Positions 1-12,403 of a DNA stretch of 64,000 nucleotides are shown piece after piece. The notes under the pieces are model-generated. The model was given only the letters and a program-made list of their open reading frames with translations, was not told where the DNA came from and ran no database searches. The position numbers were made by a program, and so were the translations under genes. The stretch comes from Calcarisporiella thermophila CBS 279.70 (lineage: Eukaryota > Fungi > Calcarisporiellomycota), in assembly GCF_041956535.1 (NCBI RefSeq), contig NW_027192213.1, forward strand, positions 474,336-538,335, read 5' to 3'. Each line of letters opens with the position of its first letter. Positions within the stretch are counted from its first letter, which is position 1.

Positions 1-50
1 AAAGTCAGGAGCGATTAGATGGGGAGGGGAGGTGGACAGGGACCCATGCG

Positions 51-2137
51 TTAACTAGCTATTTTACGATCCAATATCTTAAACGTCCCGTCAGGAAGAA
101 GCATTCCAAGATCCCCCGTATGTAGCCAGCCCTCCTTATCGATCACCAGAGCCGTCAACTTTTCGTCGCGGTAATAGCCCCGCATCACGCTTGGCCCGCG
201 GACGCAGATTTCGCCTCGTGGTAGAGGCTTGTCGGTAGTGTTTTCCCCGCTATCCACCAGTTTGATCTCGCAGCAGGGTAGTGGCGGGCCCACGCTCCCG
301 TCCTCTCTATAGTCGCACGCATTGGAAAGCGTCACGGCCGAAACAGCCTCTGTGAGTCCATAGGTCTGTATGACCGGGCATCCGAGCACAACGCGCAAAA
401 AAGTTAGTGTTTGGGCTTCAATGGGGGCAGAGCCCGAGATAACTACGCGGACAGCTCCACCAAGCAGCTGGGTGCGCACGGCGCGGAACACGAGTCGATC
501 CCACATCGAGTCCATGGTAAGGCTGCCACGGCGTAGAAGGGCCCGCTTGGATGCAAAGCCGTTGCGGAAAAGGAACGAGCCACCATAAGATTTATTGATC
601 ATTTCTTGGAGTCGAGTTAAGTATTTAGGCACGCTAACAATAAAATCAGGAGTAAGCATTGGCCTTCAACGTCTCTGGAAATCTATTTGGATCACCTTGC
701 AAATATGGTAGGCTGAGCATCTCTTATATCCTCGAAAATTCCATTCATGTCGCCACCAAAGAATGCGATGGATCCGCCAACAAAGATCATAAGTAAAATC
801 ATGGTGCGCTCGAAGGCATAAGCTGAATGGGAAATCAGTCAGGTTAGATGTATAGGGAGTGAGGTGGGATGGAGCGGTTATACGAACCCATTGGCAAATA
901 GCTGATATGTCTATCCTTAGAGGTTAGCTTTTGATTGGGTGGTAAAATTGCAAGACAAGCGGCTACAAGGAAAATAGCTTGAGTGATATTGGTGCAATCC
1001 TTGGGGGTATGAAACACTCACAAACATTCGCCACGATATTCTGATGGGTCAGCGAAACATATTTGGGCTCCTAACATCAATTAATAGAGGTGAATCTACA
1101 CTTAGACCCTGGAAGATGGTATTACAACTCACATCAGTTGTGCCGTTGGTCAGACATATAAATGCCAGATCATCTGGGGCTATGGGAAAAATTGAGAACG
1201 GGTGAGATTGTATTTTCCAAAAAAAAAGTGAGGGACGAAGCAAGAGTAAACGCACAAGATAAGGCAGGCTCCAACGGATCTTCTTCTCCCAAAGCCTCAA
1301 GAGCTTTGAAAGTCGTGAGGGTACTTCCCCTTGACTGGGCTCTTTTTGCTAGCTCCTGCGGCACCAAGTCATCCACCACGACAATATGCCTCACAAATTG
1401 GCATCCATTCGCCGCAGAGAGCACCAGAGACAGATTCGTGCTGTTTGCTACAATAACGGAAAGCTCGACATGATTTATGATATTACGAAGGGATTCAGTG
1501 GTCTGCTTTTCCGGTATAGGCACTGAGATAAGAGAATATTGAGCAGCGGCAAGGAGGGTTATGATATATTCCGGAGAGTTGGTGGTGAAAATGCCGATTT
1601 TTTCTCCAGAGCGAGGGCTGAGGGATGCAAACTTAACTAGACCTGTGCCGAAGTTGCGGATGCGCTCGTTTACTTGGGCTAGAGGTTTAGACGGCTAAAT
1701 TAAATTGACCATTATGAGAAATAGTAGTAACTATATACCATAGGTTTGCTATTGACATTGGAAGTTAATAGACGAAAAAGAGGTCAGCAATCTTCACGAG
1801 TATTGTCTGAAAGCGAAAGACTCACCCATTGGAACACGCTTCCTTTCTTCGATCCCATGAATTTTCCCTCGCCCTCTTTCATTCCACCCCCGAATCGCCA
1901 TAAATCGTAAACCGTCTTCACGTTACGATCCGAGCTCGAGAGAAGTGGGCCGCCATAGGGTGCAAATCGCGAGCGACATACCGGAGACTCAGAGGGGAGT
2001 CGTGACAGGGAAATATCTGCCTGCTGCGAAAGCAGTAGCGGGTGGACGTCAGGAGCTGTGCGACCGCGGAGTATGAATAGAAGTAGAGCTAGGATACAGA
2101 AGAGGGCCAGAATGAGTTCCGCCCAAATAGCTGACAT
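51..2137 (-). CDS. Long-chain acyl-CoA synthetase (ACSL/Faa)-like AMP-binding protein with N-terminal membrane anchor; multi-exon, probably continues past the left window edge
   Basis: ATG at 2137 (MSAIWAELILAL, hydrophobic). Motifs: spliced P-loop ICLTNGTTDEPK, SYLPMAYAFER, YGLTE, GEICVRGPSVMRGYY, GWLHTGDLG, ILDRK. Several GT-AG introns. The stop at 51 may lie inside an intron. Confidence 0.85.
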
Positions 2138-3275
2138 GGTATAGTTTGATTTCGAAATATAAACAGAGATTGGGCTACCAGGTAAGCTATTCAACCCAAA
2201 AGTAACGAGTGGTATATGTATTTTTGGGGGAACTTACACTAGCACCTTCCCCACCAACTTTCCACAGGTTTGGGTCGCGAAAATATGCCAAAAATAATAG
2301 AGAACGGTCACGCGAAAAGATCGGATAGCTCGTTGGATAGATGTTGGATATTCTGCGTGCATTCATAGTATAGGAGTATTTTATTTGACTGGGGATCTAG
2401 GCATGCAAATTGAGCCATGTGTTCACACAAGATTGGAATCTCCATTTCATTTAACTATCTCTGGTTAACTTCGACCATCTTTTTTTTTCCTTATCTCTTC
2501 TTCTCTGTAGCTTCTGTCCTACATTGCCAGGTATCAAAAGGAGTAAGTGTACACAGCGAATATATCCAGTGGCTACAAGCTATCTTTCCCAGTCAGCTAT
2601 TGGAGAAAGGCACCAAGTCGTAAACAAAGGACTATTGAAAAGAAAGCCTTCGTAAGATCATTGCAACCCCTATCAAATTATTAAACGTAATGATGATTGA
2701 GGTGGAAATCAATTTACAAACCATCTATTGAAAAGTGCTTATCGCGCCATATATTTCGACTCTTGAAATGAAGTTTAATTTCCCTTGATATTTGATCACA
2801 TTAGACTTTAGAAAGGAAATCAGCGACGGAGCTCAATGCTTTAATAAGCCCTTTCTTTATTCTTCATGAATTGCCTAAGAATTGGAGAGTATTTAAAATG
2901 CTTTGCGATTACTAGAAAGCTTTGGCGACACCTATTGTTTATTATTACAATCAATGACCATAGTATGTAGGGCAACTTTATGGTATATTCTTTGATTTTT
3001 TTTCTTCTCGATTGGTGTTCCCTATGGATTTGTTCGCAGCATCCATTTAATATTTCAGCTGTTTAACAAGCAACCTAAATTTTATTGATTGGGATATTTT
3101 GTAAACGGATAGCATCACAAAAGACGTAGGGTATACATTATAGGCTCTTTCGCCATTGTACATTCATACTTTATACTGATAAATTGCTGGAGAGGAGATA
3201 TTTAAAACGACAGATGTTTTGATTCTTAAATCTTATTTCCATTCGTAGAATTTAACACTATGGTCTTTGTTCTAT

Positions 3276-3285
3276 GTGACGTCAC
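3276..3285. promoter_or_regulatory. Palindromic CRE/ATF-type site GTGACGTCAC upstream of the KDM5 gene
   Basis: Perfect 10-bp palindrome containing TGACGTCA, ~140 bp upstream of ATG 3427. Function untested. Confidence 0.3.
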
Positions 3286-3426
3286 CTTAGCTTGCTCTTG
3301 AAAAAAAAAATTGCAAATTTTCAATAGATGTAGATGTCTATCTTTTCCCTTCTGCTTTTTTTTTTCTCTTTCTTTAATCAAATATTACTTCCTGTCGCTG
3401 CTCATTCGTCCTAGATATACGTCACT

Positions 3427-6140
3427 ATGATGAAAGTAATGGGCCCTGCCGCCGCGCAGGTTGAAGACACCCAATCCGCACCTTTCGACATATCTTCGGT
3501 ACGAACTCAAGCCCCTCCAGAGAACCCTCCTGGCACCAAGCGGCTCTTCGGGCTCAAAGATGCCCCGACATATTTCCCCACCCCAGAACAGTTCGAGGAC
3601 CCAATACGATATATTATGGAAATTAAGGAAGAGGGGGAAAAATATGGTATTGTCAAAATTGTTCCACCTGAAGGGTGGAACCCTCCGTTTGCTATAAATA
3701 GCAAGGTACGATAGAGCCTCTGTCAAATGATTAGAAGTGCTTTTTAGAATTATGTCAAGGATGGGCATGGTGCTTTATGTGTGTGGAGGCATATCGGCGG
3801 ATAAACATATAGCTCCATATCTATATCCATATCTTGCTATTATGTAATATGTTGCTTCATTCTGGTAGTAATCTTCCAAACTATGTTTTTCAAACCACAG
3901 GTATTCCGCTTCAAGACCCGGACCCAGAAGCTCAACACTATGGACGGCTCCACCCGTGCTAATATGGCGTATCTCGAGAAACTCTACAAGTTTCACCGGC
4001 AGCAGGGCAGTACTGTGAGCAAAGTACCGCAACTCGATAAACGGCCAATAGACTTATACCGATTGAAGAAAGAGGTTGCTCTGCGAGGAGGATATCAAAA
4101 GGTAAGCACTCTAAACGGTTGGCTCACCATTTTCTGGTAACACTCCGTTGACATATTTTGTTCATCTTCTTAGGTGACGGAAGATAAAAAGTGGGCGGAA
4201 ATTGGCCGCACTCTTGCTAACTACCGCAAACAATGCACCTCCCTTTCCAATTCTCTTAAAATGGCGTATGTAAAAGTGGTCATGCCTTTTGAGAACTACC
4301 TTGCGCAACAGCTCGACTCCCAGTCCAAAAAAACAGAAGAGGCACTACTACAAGGAGACATTGCGAGGCCGAGTATTTCTTCTCCCGGAGAGGAGACCAA
4401 TGGTGCATTAAAACGAGAGTCAGTGGAGGATGATGTGCGTCGAAGTAAACGGTCGAAAAATGGCCCCTCAACCGAATGTGAGATTAGCATCATTTTAGCG
4501 GTTGTTTTTTTGGATCAATAACCTTGTTTTTGTACTCTAATCTTTGTAGCGACTCCTCCTAGCACACCCACTGCGGCCATCCCCTCCCCTAATAGGAGCG
4601 ATAAGTCCCAGCAGTCCCCGGGTACAATCGACTCAAACTTTTGCCAAGTGTGTGGTATTGATGATAATCCCGATCAGCTGCTCGAATGCCACGAATGCCA
4701 CAAACGCTATCACACTTACTGCTTCACTCCCCAGCTAATGGTGGTCCCAAAGCTTGATTGGTATTGTGCAAATTGCGTGGTGCAGACCGACGAAGATTTC
4801 GGGTTTGAGGAGGGTAACGAGTATACGCTTGCTGCTTTCCAAAAGAAAGCGGACGATTTCAAGAGGGAATGGTTTGCCGCGCGACGCAAAGGTGCACTGA
4901 AAGATAGGCCCCTAACAGAGGCCGAGGTGGAGAAAGAGTTTTGGAGACTTGTGGAGAACCCACACGAACACTGTGAGGTTGAGTATGGAGCGGATCTCCA
5001 CTCGTCACATCATGGAAGGTATAGTAGGCAACCCCCCTCGCTCATCCATGTGATATAGCAACTATAATTTTATTGCACATTCAGTGGCTTTCCTACCCTG
5101 TCTCGGAATCCCGACGAGCCATATTCAAAACACCCGTGGAATTTGAATGTGCTACCCCGCACACCACACTCACTTTTCCGACACCTCCCAACCGATATCC
5201 CCGGCATGCTTGTTCCCTGGCTCTACGTTGGCCAATGTTTCAGCACCTTTTGCTGGCACAACGAGGATCACTACACCTATTCGATTAACTATATGCACTG
5301 GGGAGAAACCAAGACCTGGTATGGTGTGCCAGGCCCTGCGGCGGAGAAATTTGAGGAGACAATGCGACGTATTGTGCCGGAGTTGTTCGAGCGGCAACCC
5401 GATCTCCTCTTCCAGTTGGTGACGATGCTCTCGCCTGCTGCACTTCAAGCACACGGAGTGCCTGTTGTTGCCATCGACCAGCGTCCTGGACAATTCGTGG
5501 TTACATTTCCACAGGCCTATCATGCAGGCTTTAGCCATGGATTTAATTTCTGCGAGGCAGTGAACTTTGCAACCCCTGACTGGATTCCCTACGGGCTAGG
5601 CTGTGTTAGACGATATCAAGCGTATCGCAAACAACCCGTCTTCTCCCATGAGGAGCTACTTTTAAAAGTCGTTAGCAATGATGCATCCACACGGAGTTCC
5701 CAATGGTAATTGTGCTCACCAAATGCAATTCTCCATTAATACATCATTAAATTAGCCCTCCCATTGATTTTAGGGTCCAAAAAGCCCTTGCGGAGATACG
5801 GGACCGCGAACTCTTCACTCGCAAGCACGTCCGCGCCAAGTTCCCAGAAATTTCGGAAGTATTGGATGCACAGGACCGCTCTACTGACGAGGAGTACCAG
5901 TGCTCAGTGTGTCATGCATATGTTTATCTCTCGCAGATCCATTGTGGCCAATGCGGACCCTCCAAGGTTGCGTGCCCCGACCACATCAAAGATTTGTGCG
6001 CATGCCCCATCAGCAATCGTGTGTTGCGTCTACGATTCCACGACTCTGAGGTGGAGGCTTTTGCAGGGCGCGGATTCTGGGAAGCCGTGCTGGTGACACC
6101 ACAAAAGGAGGAGGCGTGGTCAAGGGTTGCTGTCTTGTAA
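3427..6140 (+). CDS. KDM5/JARID1 (Lid2/Jhd2-like) JmjC H3K4 demethylase, short form: JmjN-ARID-PHD-JmjC-C5HC2
   Basis: JmjN (APTYFPTPEQFEDP..YGIVKIVPP), ARID (IDLYRLKKEV..KKWAEIG), PHD (C..C..LLECHEC..H..C..WYCANC), JmjC (VEYGADLH, WNLNVLP, FCWHNEDH, QAYHAGF, EAVNF) and a C5HC2 finger. Five GT-AG introns join the ORF-track pieces. Confidence 0.93.
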
Positions 6141-6454
6141 GCTCTGCAGCTGTTGTTTTACCACTCTTTCGAGCGCCTGTATTCGGAGACACATGTGAAA
6201 GTTATATATATGATATTTTCCTTCTTTTAGTGTAATCATTTGACTGTTGAATTGTATACTCCTATTTTTTTCCTTTTCCTTTTCTTTTCTTTTGCATGTT
6301 ATACTATATCTTTAATTGAACGCTTCCATGTTCACAGTAGTATTAAAGATTATTTATACGGGTTTTAAGGCGCAGCCCGGCCGATTTCACAAATAATATA
6401 TGGGATTTTCCTCCGAGCAGCGAATTCACAATCAATTTAATGCACATATAGAAA

Positions 6455-6796
6455 ATGAACTCCTTGCGATCGATCTTTCCCCTGATATCCCGTTCTTCAA
6501 TACCAACCGTCTACTCCAGGGCTTTGCCTCGCTCCCGCTTTTTCTCTACTAATTCTGAGCAAGAGCTATCTCCTGGTGAGCTGCAGATTTATCAGAAGCT
6601 CACCGAGCACTTTGCTCCTTCCCGTCTCATGGTTCAGGACATTTCTGGAGGCTGTGGCTCCATGTATGCAGTGGAGATCGTGTCGGATAAGTTTGAGGGG
6701 ATGTCGATGGTACGGCAGCATCGAATGGTAAACGAAGTTTTAAAAGAAGAGATAGGAGGCATGCACGGCATTCGTTTGCAGACTTCAGCAAAATGA
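6455..6796 (+). CDS. BOL3: Mitochondrial BolA3/Aim1-type protein
   Basis: Single exon. Arg/Ser-rich presequence, VQDISGGCGSMY and QHRMVN..HGI motifs of the BolA3 subfamily. Confidence 0.88.
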   Translation: MNSLRSIFPLISRSSIPTVYSRALPRSRFFSTNSEQELSPGELQIYQKLTEHFAPSRLMVQDISGGCGSMYAVEIVSDKFEGMSMVRQHRMVNEVLKEEIGGMHGIRLQTSAK

Positions 6797-7086
6797 AGGT
6801 CCAATGTAATATGTAATGTCTTTTTTTTTTCAAAAGTTTTGTATTAGAATATAAAAGTAAATAGAATTTAACCTTTATTATTATTATTTTGGCTATTCTC
6901 ATTTTTACAAAGGGCGTTGGTCCCAAAAGAAACGCGCGAATATTGTTCTTAAATAAAAAAGAATATCGTACAAAAAACTTTTCTAGCAAGATGAACTTGT
7001 ATGCATAATGTTAGGGGGCAATAAACGGGAAAATAGGGCGGGATATTATAGAACATTTTAGAGTATGAATATCTAGGTCTAGATTA

Positions 7087-7691
7087 CTAGAGAAAAAAGG
7101 GTTTGCTTTTCGAGGCAGGTGTATCGGACGGTATTAGGGTGGATTTGGGTGCACTTTCAATTTTGGTTGGAGTCTCTAGAGTCTCAGCAGGAGCGGCCTG
7201 GCTCGACTGAACTTTCTCTGCAACTATCCGTGCATCCGCTGCTGCTATCACTACATAAGCAATCAAAAAGTTGTAGTATTAGTAACCTAAATCAAAGCCA
7301 ACGGAGACATGAAGATGAACATACGTCTTTCCCAGAAGAGTTCTTCATCGTCTATCTTGCCATTTCCACTCAATATTCCTCGCATAGCCTCATGCTGCTC
7401 CAACTCGCCAAGCTCCTCATCACGCTCCAGCCTCTGCACTACCTCATTCAGCACGTCTGCTCGGATTTTCATTTTTTCTCGATATTCATTGTACTCCATT
7501 TTGACCCACATAAGATGGAGTGCCTCAGAACCAACGGTAATATACATCAAGTATTCCCAGAAGAATGGGCCGTAACGGCTCCATTTTGATTTCTGAGTAA
7601 GTTGCAGCGATGGATCCACAGGAGGACGCGAAAGACGTGAAAGATCGGTAATGGCCGTGCGAAAAGCAGACCAAAGACGAATTACAACCAT
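7087..7691 (-). CDS. Uncharacterised single-pass, probably mitochondrial membrane protein (DUF5321-like); 2 exons
   Basis: ORF 7691-7325, intron GTATGT(7324)..TAG(7251), second exon to TAG at 7087. Hydrophobic segment FFWEYLMYITVGSEALHL followed by a coiled VLNEVVQRLERDE. The family call is from recall. Confidence 0.65.
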
Positions 7692-8056
7692 TATTTTAGT
7701 TTAATCGGCGGCGTGAAAATTACACCTAGAGTAAACTAGTAGTCGTACTTGTTTTCAATCTTGAGATTTTTCAGTATATAAGCCACTACACAGATGTGCA
7801 TAGATGTGATTTCAATTTTTTCATCTAACTCTGGTTTCTCGGCTAAGGGTTACCGAGCTTTGTACTATGACCTATTTTGTTTCAACGGGAAATGTATTAT
7901 CAAATTACTCTTGCTGGTGTTTTTACAAAGTTAGCAATATATTTCTTTACTCTAACCATTTCACATAAATTTATATATTTTTCGGCGGAAAAATGGAAGA
8001 ACGCGAAACTCCAGCAAGTCATACGCCCCTTCTCCCGAGCCCGTCTACATTTAAAA

Positions 8057-9627
8057 ATGCAATTCGTGAAAGATTTCGTTCTTTTTCTCATAATTTTACC
8101 CTTCAAGGTAACTGGTGTTTTTTTTCCTCATGCTGCACGTCCATTCTCAATCCTACCATTCACTAACTTAGAGCTCAGTGGCGGGCTAGGTGACCTAGGA
8201 ACCTTGATACCTATATTAATATCCCTAGTGGTAACCAACAATGTTTCTTTAACGAGTTCACTTTTCTTCGGTGGCCTGTGGAATGTTGTGTCCGGGGTAC
8301 AGTTTCGTATTCCTATGTGTGTACAGCCTATGAAGGGTAATGGAATTTTTAATCAACTTTTTAGCCAGCAATATTTTGACTATTTATTTTAGCAATTGCA
8401 TCTGTTGCATTGGCTACAAAGATGTCTCCGGCAGAAATTGGTGCGGCTGGCCTTGGTAAGTTTTATACACTTATATCAATATTAAAGCAGAAATAATATG
8501 TTCACCTTTTTTCAGGTGTGTCGGCAGTTGTAGCCTTTCTTGGCCTTACCCGTACAATCCGACTAGTCTCTCACTGGACACCAATTGCCGTTATTAAGGG
8601 TATCCAGCTCGGGGTCGGGCTCAATTTTGTGATTACCTCTGTTGACCTAGTTAAACAGTCCAACAGCTGGACACAGTGGCATGACAATTACGAGTGGGCA
8701 CTCGTCTCCTTTCTGTTCGTGATATTCAACTACTATAATACACGGGTACCTTCTGCGCTAGTGCTTTTTGCATTGGGTTTGATTTTGGCGGGCGTTAGAT
8801 TAGCAACCATCGGGGGTGATGTACCTAGCATTGGGATCTATAATCCTTTTGTGGTGACAGTGCCTACTGCGACAGAATTTAAGAACGCTTTTTTAAATGC
8901 TTCACTGGGACAAATTCCGCTCACTACCCTTAACAGTGTCATTGCGCTGGCAGTACTTTCTCAAGAGCTCTTCCCAAAACGACCCGCCGGCACCGTCTCG
9001 ATCGCTACCAGCATTGGTTTTATGAACATCATTGGATGTTTCCTCGGCTCTATTCCGTATTGTCATGGATCTGGGGGATTGGCAGGACAATATCGATTTG
9101 GAGCTCGGAGTGAAGTATCAATCATTATCCTTGGCATAATTAAAATCATCATCGGAATAGTGTTTGGTCCATCTCTCCTTGGAATCCTCAAGGTCTTCCC
9201 GCGCTCCATTCTAGGAGTGATGCTATTCGTTTCTGGCGTGGAGTTAGCGATGGCAGCGCGTTCTGTCAATCGCGGAGTCGAGGGCCAGAGGGCGCAAATG
9301 CGAAATTTCTTGGTGATGATCTTGACGGGTGGGTTGCTGATTGGGTTTAAAAACGACGGCATCGGCTTTGTTGGAGGATGTATTTCCGCCGTTCTCCTCT
9401 ATCTTCAAGCCAAGTGGTTTGGGACGGCAGAGGAAGAGGAGGAAACTCAAACCGATACTCGGTGTCCGGAAGATGGACCAAGCAATAAAATGGGCGAGCA
9501 GTGCTCTGGGAAGCCACAGGTAGAAGTTGTGGAGGGGAAAGATTATACTCCAAATGAAAATGCGGCAGAGCCTTGTGGAGAATATCAGGAACATCGCATC
9601 ATTATGGATGGCAATGTGAAACGCTGA
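8057..9627 (+). CDS. Molybdate transporter, MOT1 family; 3 exons
   Basis: ELSGGLGDLGTLIP, PMCVQPMK, IKGIQLGVGL, GQIPLTTLNSVIA and PYCHGSGGLAGQYRFGARS are MOT1 signatures. Introns near 8337-8392 and 8456-8516. Confidence 0.92.
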
Positions 9628-10050
9628 ATTGCTGGGTTCACTAAATACCTTATATTTTTATATTTTTATATAATCGGCTATTTATCGCCTTTATTTAATA
9701 TTTAATACAAGTATGTACTTATTTTTTTTTCCCTGAACACTCAGAATCCATTCTCAGAAGAGACACCGGTTTATCGTAGAGAGGTCTATTTATCCAACAC
9801 TACAATGATATCGTCGCATCGAAGTTTATTTTCCCTAGATAATAAGAAAGGTAAAAGGGCTAGACTAAAGAGAGGGAAAAAGATCGCACGGGAAGGGGTT
9901 GCTAAAAACAAGTAAGGATTACAAATTATTAGAGTAAGTAGTAGAGGTGGTGAAAGGGAGTTAGGTCTATATATAAGAGTATATGTCGGGGGTATCCAAA
10001 ATTATTATAGAATTTAGTTATTGAAAAAAAAAACAGAGCTAAAAAAAATA

Positions 10051-10944
10051 TCAAACAGGAACGTTGGTGTAAAGCAACGCTTCTTGGAGCCGACTAGAGA
10101 CAAAGATATGAAGAAAAGCAGTTAAAAGCATGTACATTATACCGTAGCTTATAAGCCCAAGCGTATAGCCTACCTGCGCAATTCCTGGTTCTCCCTTGCT
10201 ATCCGATCCGCTGTCGCAAGCAGATCCCGCTGGACTCTATGCAGGTGCTGCAGGTGCTGCACCGTCTTCTGCAGTAGCGTTGCTTTGCTCATCTTCTTAT
10301 TGACACAACCTGGCAGCTGCTTTCGCAAAATTTCGAATCCATCTTTTATTTGAGCGCGACGCTTTTGCTCGGATTGTATGTGGATCTGTCTACGCAGCTC
10401 TTGAGATGTTTGCTGTTTTTCGAACGGAAGTTTATCGCTGACAGCGTTTTCATTAGCCGCTTCTTCCTCAGTGGTGCTAGAGCTCTTCTCACTCTTTGGC
10501 GAGTCCCTCAAATTTTCGATTTGAAGTCGCGCTCGCTTATTTCGTGTGCTCTGCTCGTAAGTGTCTTTATTGTATTGATGGAATTCGGGATAATAGCCCT
10601 CAGGTAACGCAGCCATGGACGCCCTAATAGCATCGACAGGCGATGGTGAAGCAATATTAGGATGAAGATAGGATACAGAGGATGGAGAAGGATAATGCAG
10701 CGGCTCAGGAGATGGACTGGAATCAAATCCATTGCAATTAAGCGGATAGGGGAGTGGTGTGATAAAGCTGGGTGTGTGAGTGAGTGGAGCTAAAATATAT
10801 TAATTAGAAACACGATAATATCTGAAAGACCAAATTAATTGCGCAATTACTTGGATAGAAAGCAGATTCTTCCATAATTTCAAGTTTGGGGCTTGTGTAT
10901 CCGGAGAGAACGAAACCGTCCATATTGCATTGTGGGGGGATCAT
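10051..10944 (-). CDS. bHLH(-Zip) transcription factor (Max/Mlx/Ino4-like); 5' exon uncertain
   Basis: RRQIHIQSEQKRRAQIKDGFEILRKQLP..MSKATLLQKTVQHL. Last intron AG|GTAGG..TAG leads to stop TGA at 10051. The start is tentative. Confidence 0.8.
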
Positions 10945-12403
10945 GAGTGTGTCTTGAATTATGGAAAATGTGTATATAAACTTGAGGTATAAGGGCGATA
11001 GCACTGTTATAAGAAGGAAGGGTATTGATAAAAGTGCTAGAGAAGGGTTACGATGTGGAAGGAGGGGAGAGAGCAGAAAGAGTGTTAATTGTGAAATGGA
11101 ATGGTGCCTCTCTTCTCCGGGTTTCTTCAATGATGTTTAGTAAAACATAAATAAGGACAAATGAGAGACTAGGATTCTCTAAAATTCGCGTAAGCTGAGA
11201 CCGGGATGGAGAAGAGAGCAAAAGAGAAGAAAACAACTATAACAGCTCAAAAAGTGAGTAACGCAATTGTCCATTCGCTTGTTTAATGTTACACTCATTA
11301 TCCTGAGTTGTAATTCGATATGTAGTATTTTCTCTCTTAACATTGCGTTCGAGACATCTTGGCTAACTCCAATCTATTCTAATTTTTCCACTGCACTCAC
11401 ACTGGAGCATTGTTTACGCGCTGTTTCATAGCAGGATCGATGTTGATTAAGGTGCTTAAAGAGGCCAGGTGTAAACATGCTCTCCGGGGTTTGGACGGAT
11501 CAGAGTATATATATGTCTTCCGCCCAACCGGGTTTACCGCGATTATCTCTCCGACTGGTAAAGGTCGGCTAGTCGCTTATGTACGCACAAAACACACCAA
11601 GCCTGATGGATCGCATATAGGTTCGAAGCCCCCGTAACTAGACGGATTCATATTTTTGATCTTACGTTTTTCGGCCCCTGACAAAGGCGGAGGTACAACA
11701 GCAAATGAAAATCGATATCTGGAATTTAGAAATTCTATTAAAAATAAGGCTCAATAAGGCTTGATCAAGTGCTTCTTTAACCCCAAGCTAATTGCGGCAC
11801 TTGTCCAATACCATTTGATTATGTGAGGACTACAAACACTTTGTGTTGTCGTATATAACACAGACAATAAGGGGAATCACCAACAGTTATTCTTTGTACC
11901 AGAGTAGCGATGATGGTAACTATTACAAGCCAAATTCGCATACGATGAGATATTTAAAACCATATATAGAACATCAATGGTAATCAATCTGCGGCATCAA
12001 ATAAATTTTAGATTTTCAGTGTATAAAGAGAAGGACCCTCATGGAAATGATTAATACCAATCAATCAAAATAAATTCCATCTTTGGTTGTCGACTTACTT
12101 TTTATCTAAAATGCCTCATAAGAATGATTCATAAGGTCTAGATAATCTTTACCGATAAACATCCTTGGCCACATTCGTAGAAATACAGCCACAAAGTTCA
12201 TTATTCTATATATAAAATCATTGGGACTCTTAGTGGTCAATGCATACTCATTTTAAAATGGTTTTTGATCATTATTATTATTTCACTATACAAAAAGATT
12301 GGCACATGCCAAAGGAAAAAGAAGGAAAAAAAGTGTTTAAATAAAATATTGTCATTTTTGTAGAGAGCAGGGTAGTAAGAGGAGAAAGAGGAAGGCTGGT
12401 ATA

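Noticed and set aside
1-68. Apparent C-terminal truncation of the ACSL-like protein at ILDRKIAS*
   Set aside because: A donor GTAAAA at 68 and a branch-like CTAAT near 14-18 fit a typical-length intron ending just outside the window, so truncation cannot be claimed.
2688-2800. C/D snoRNA suggested by ATGATGA (also at ~27621)
   Set aside because: No D box or terminal stem at a suitable distance.
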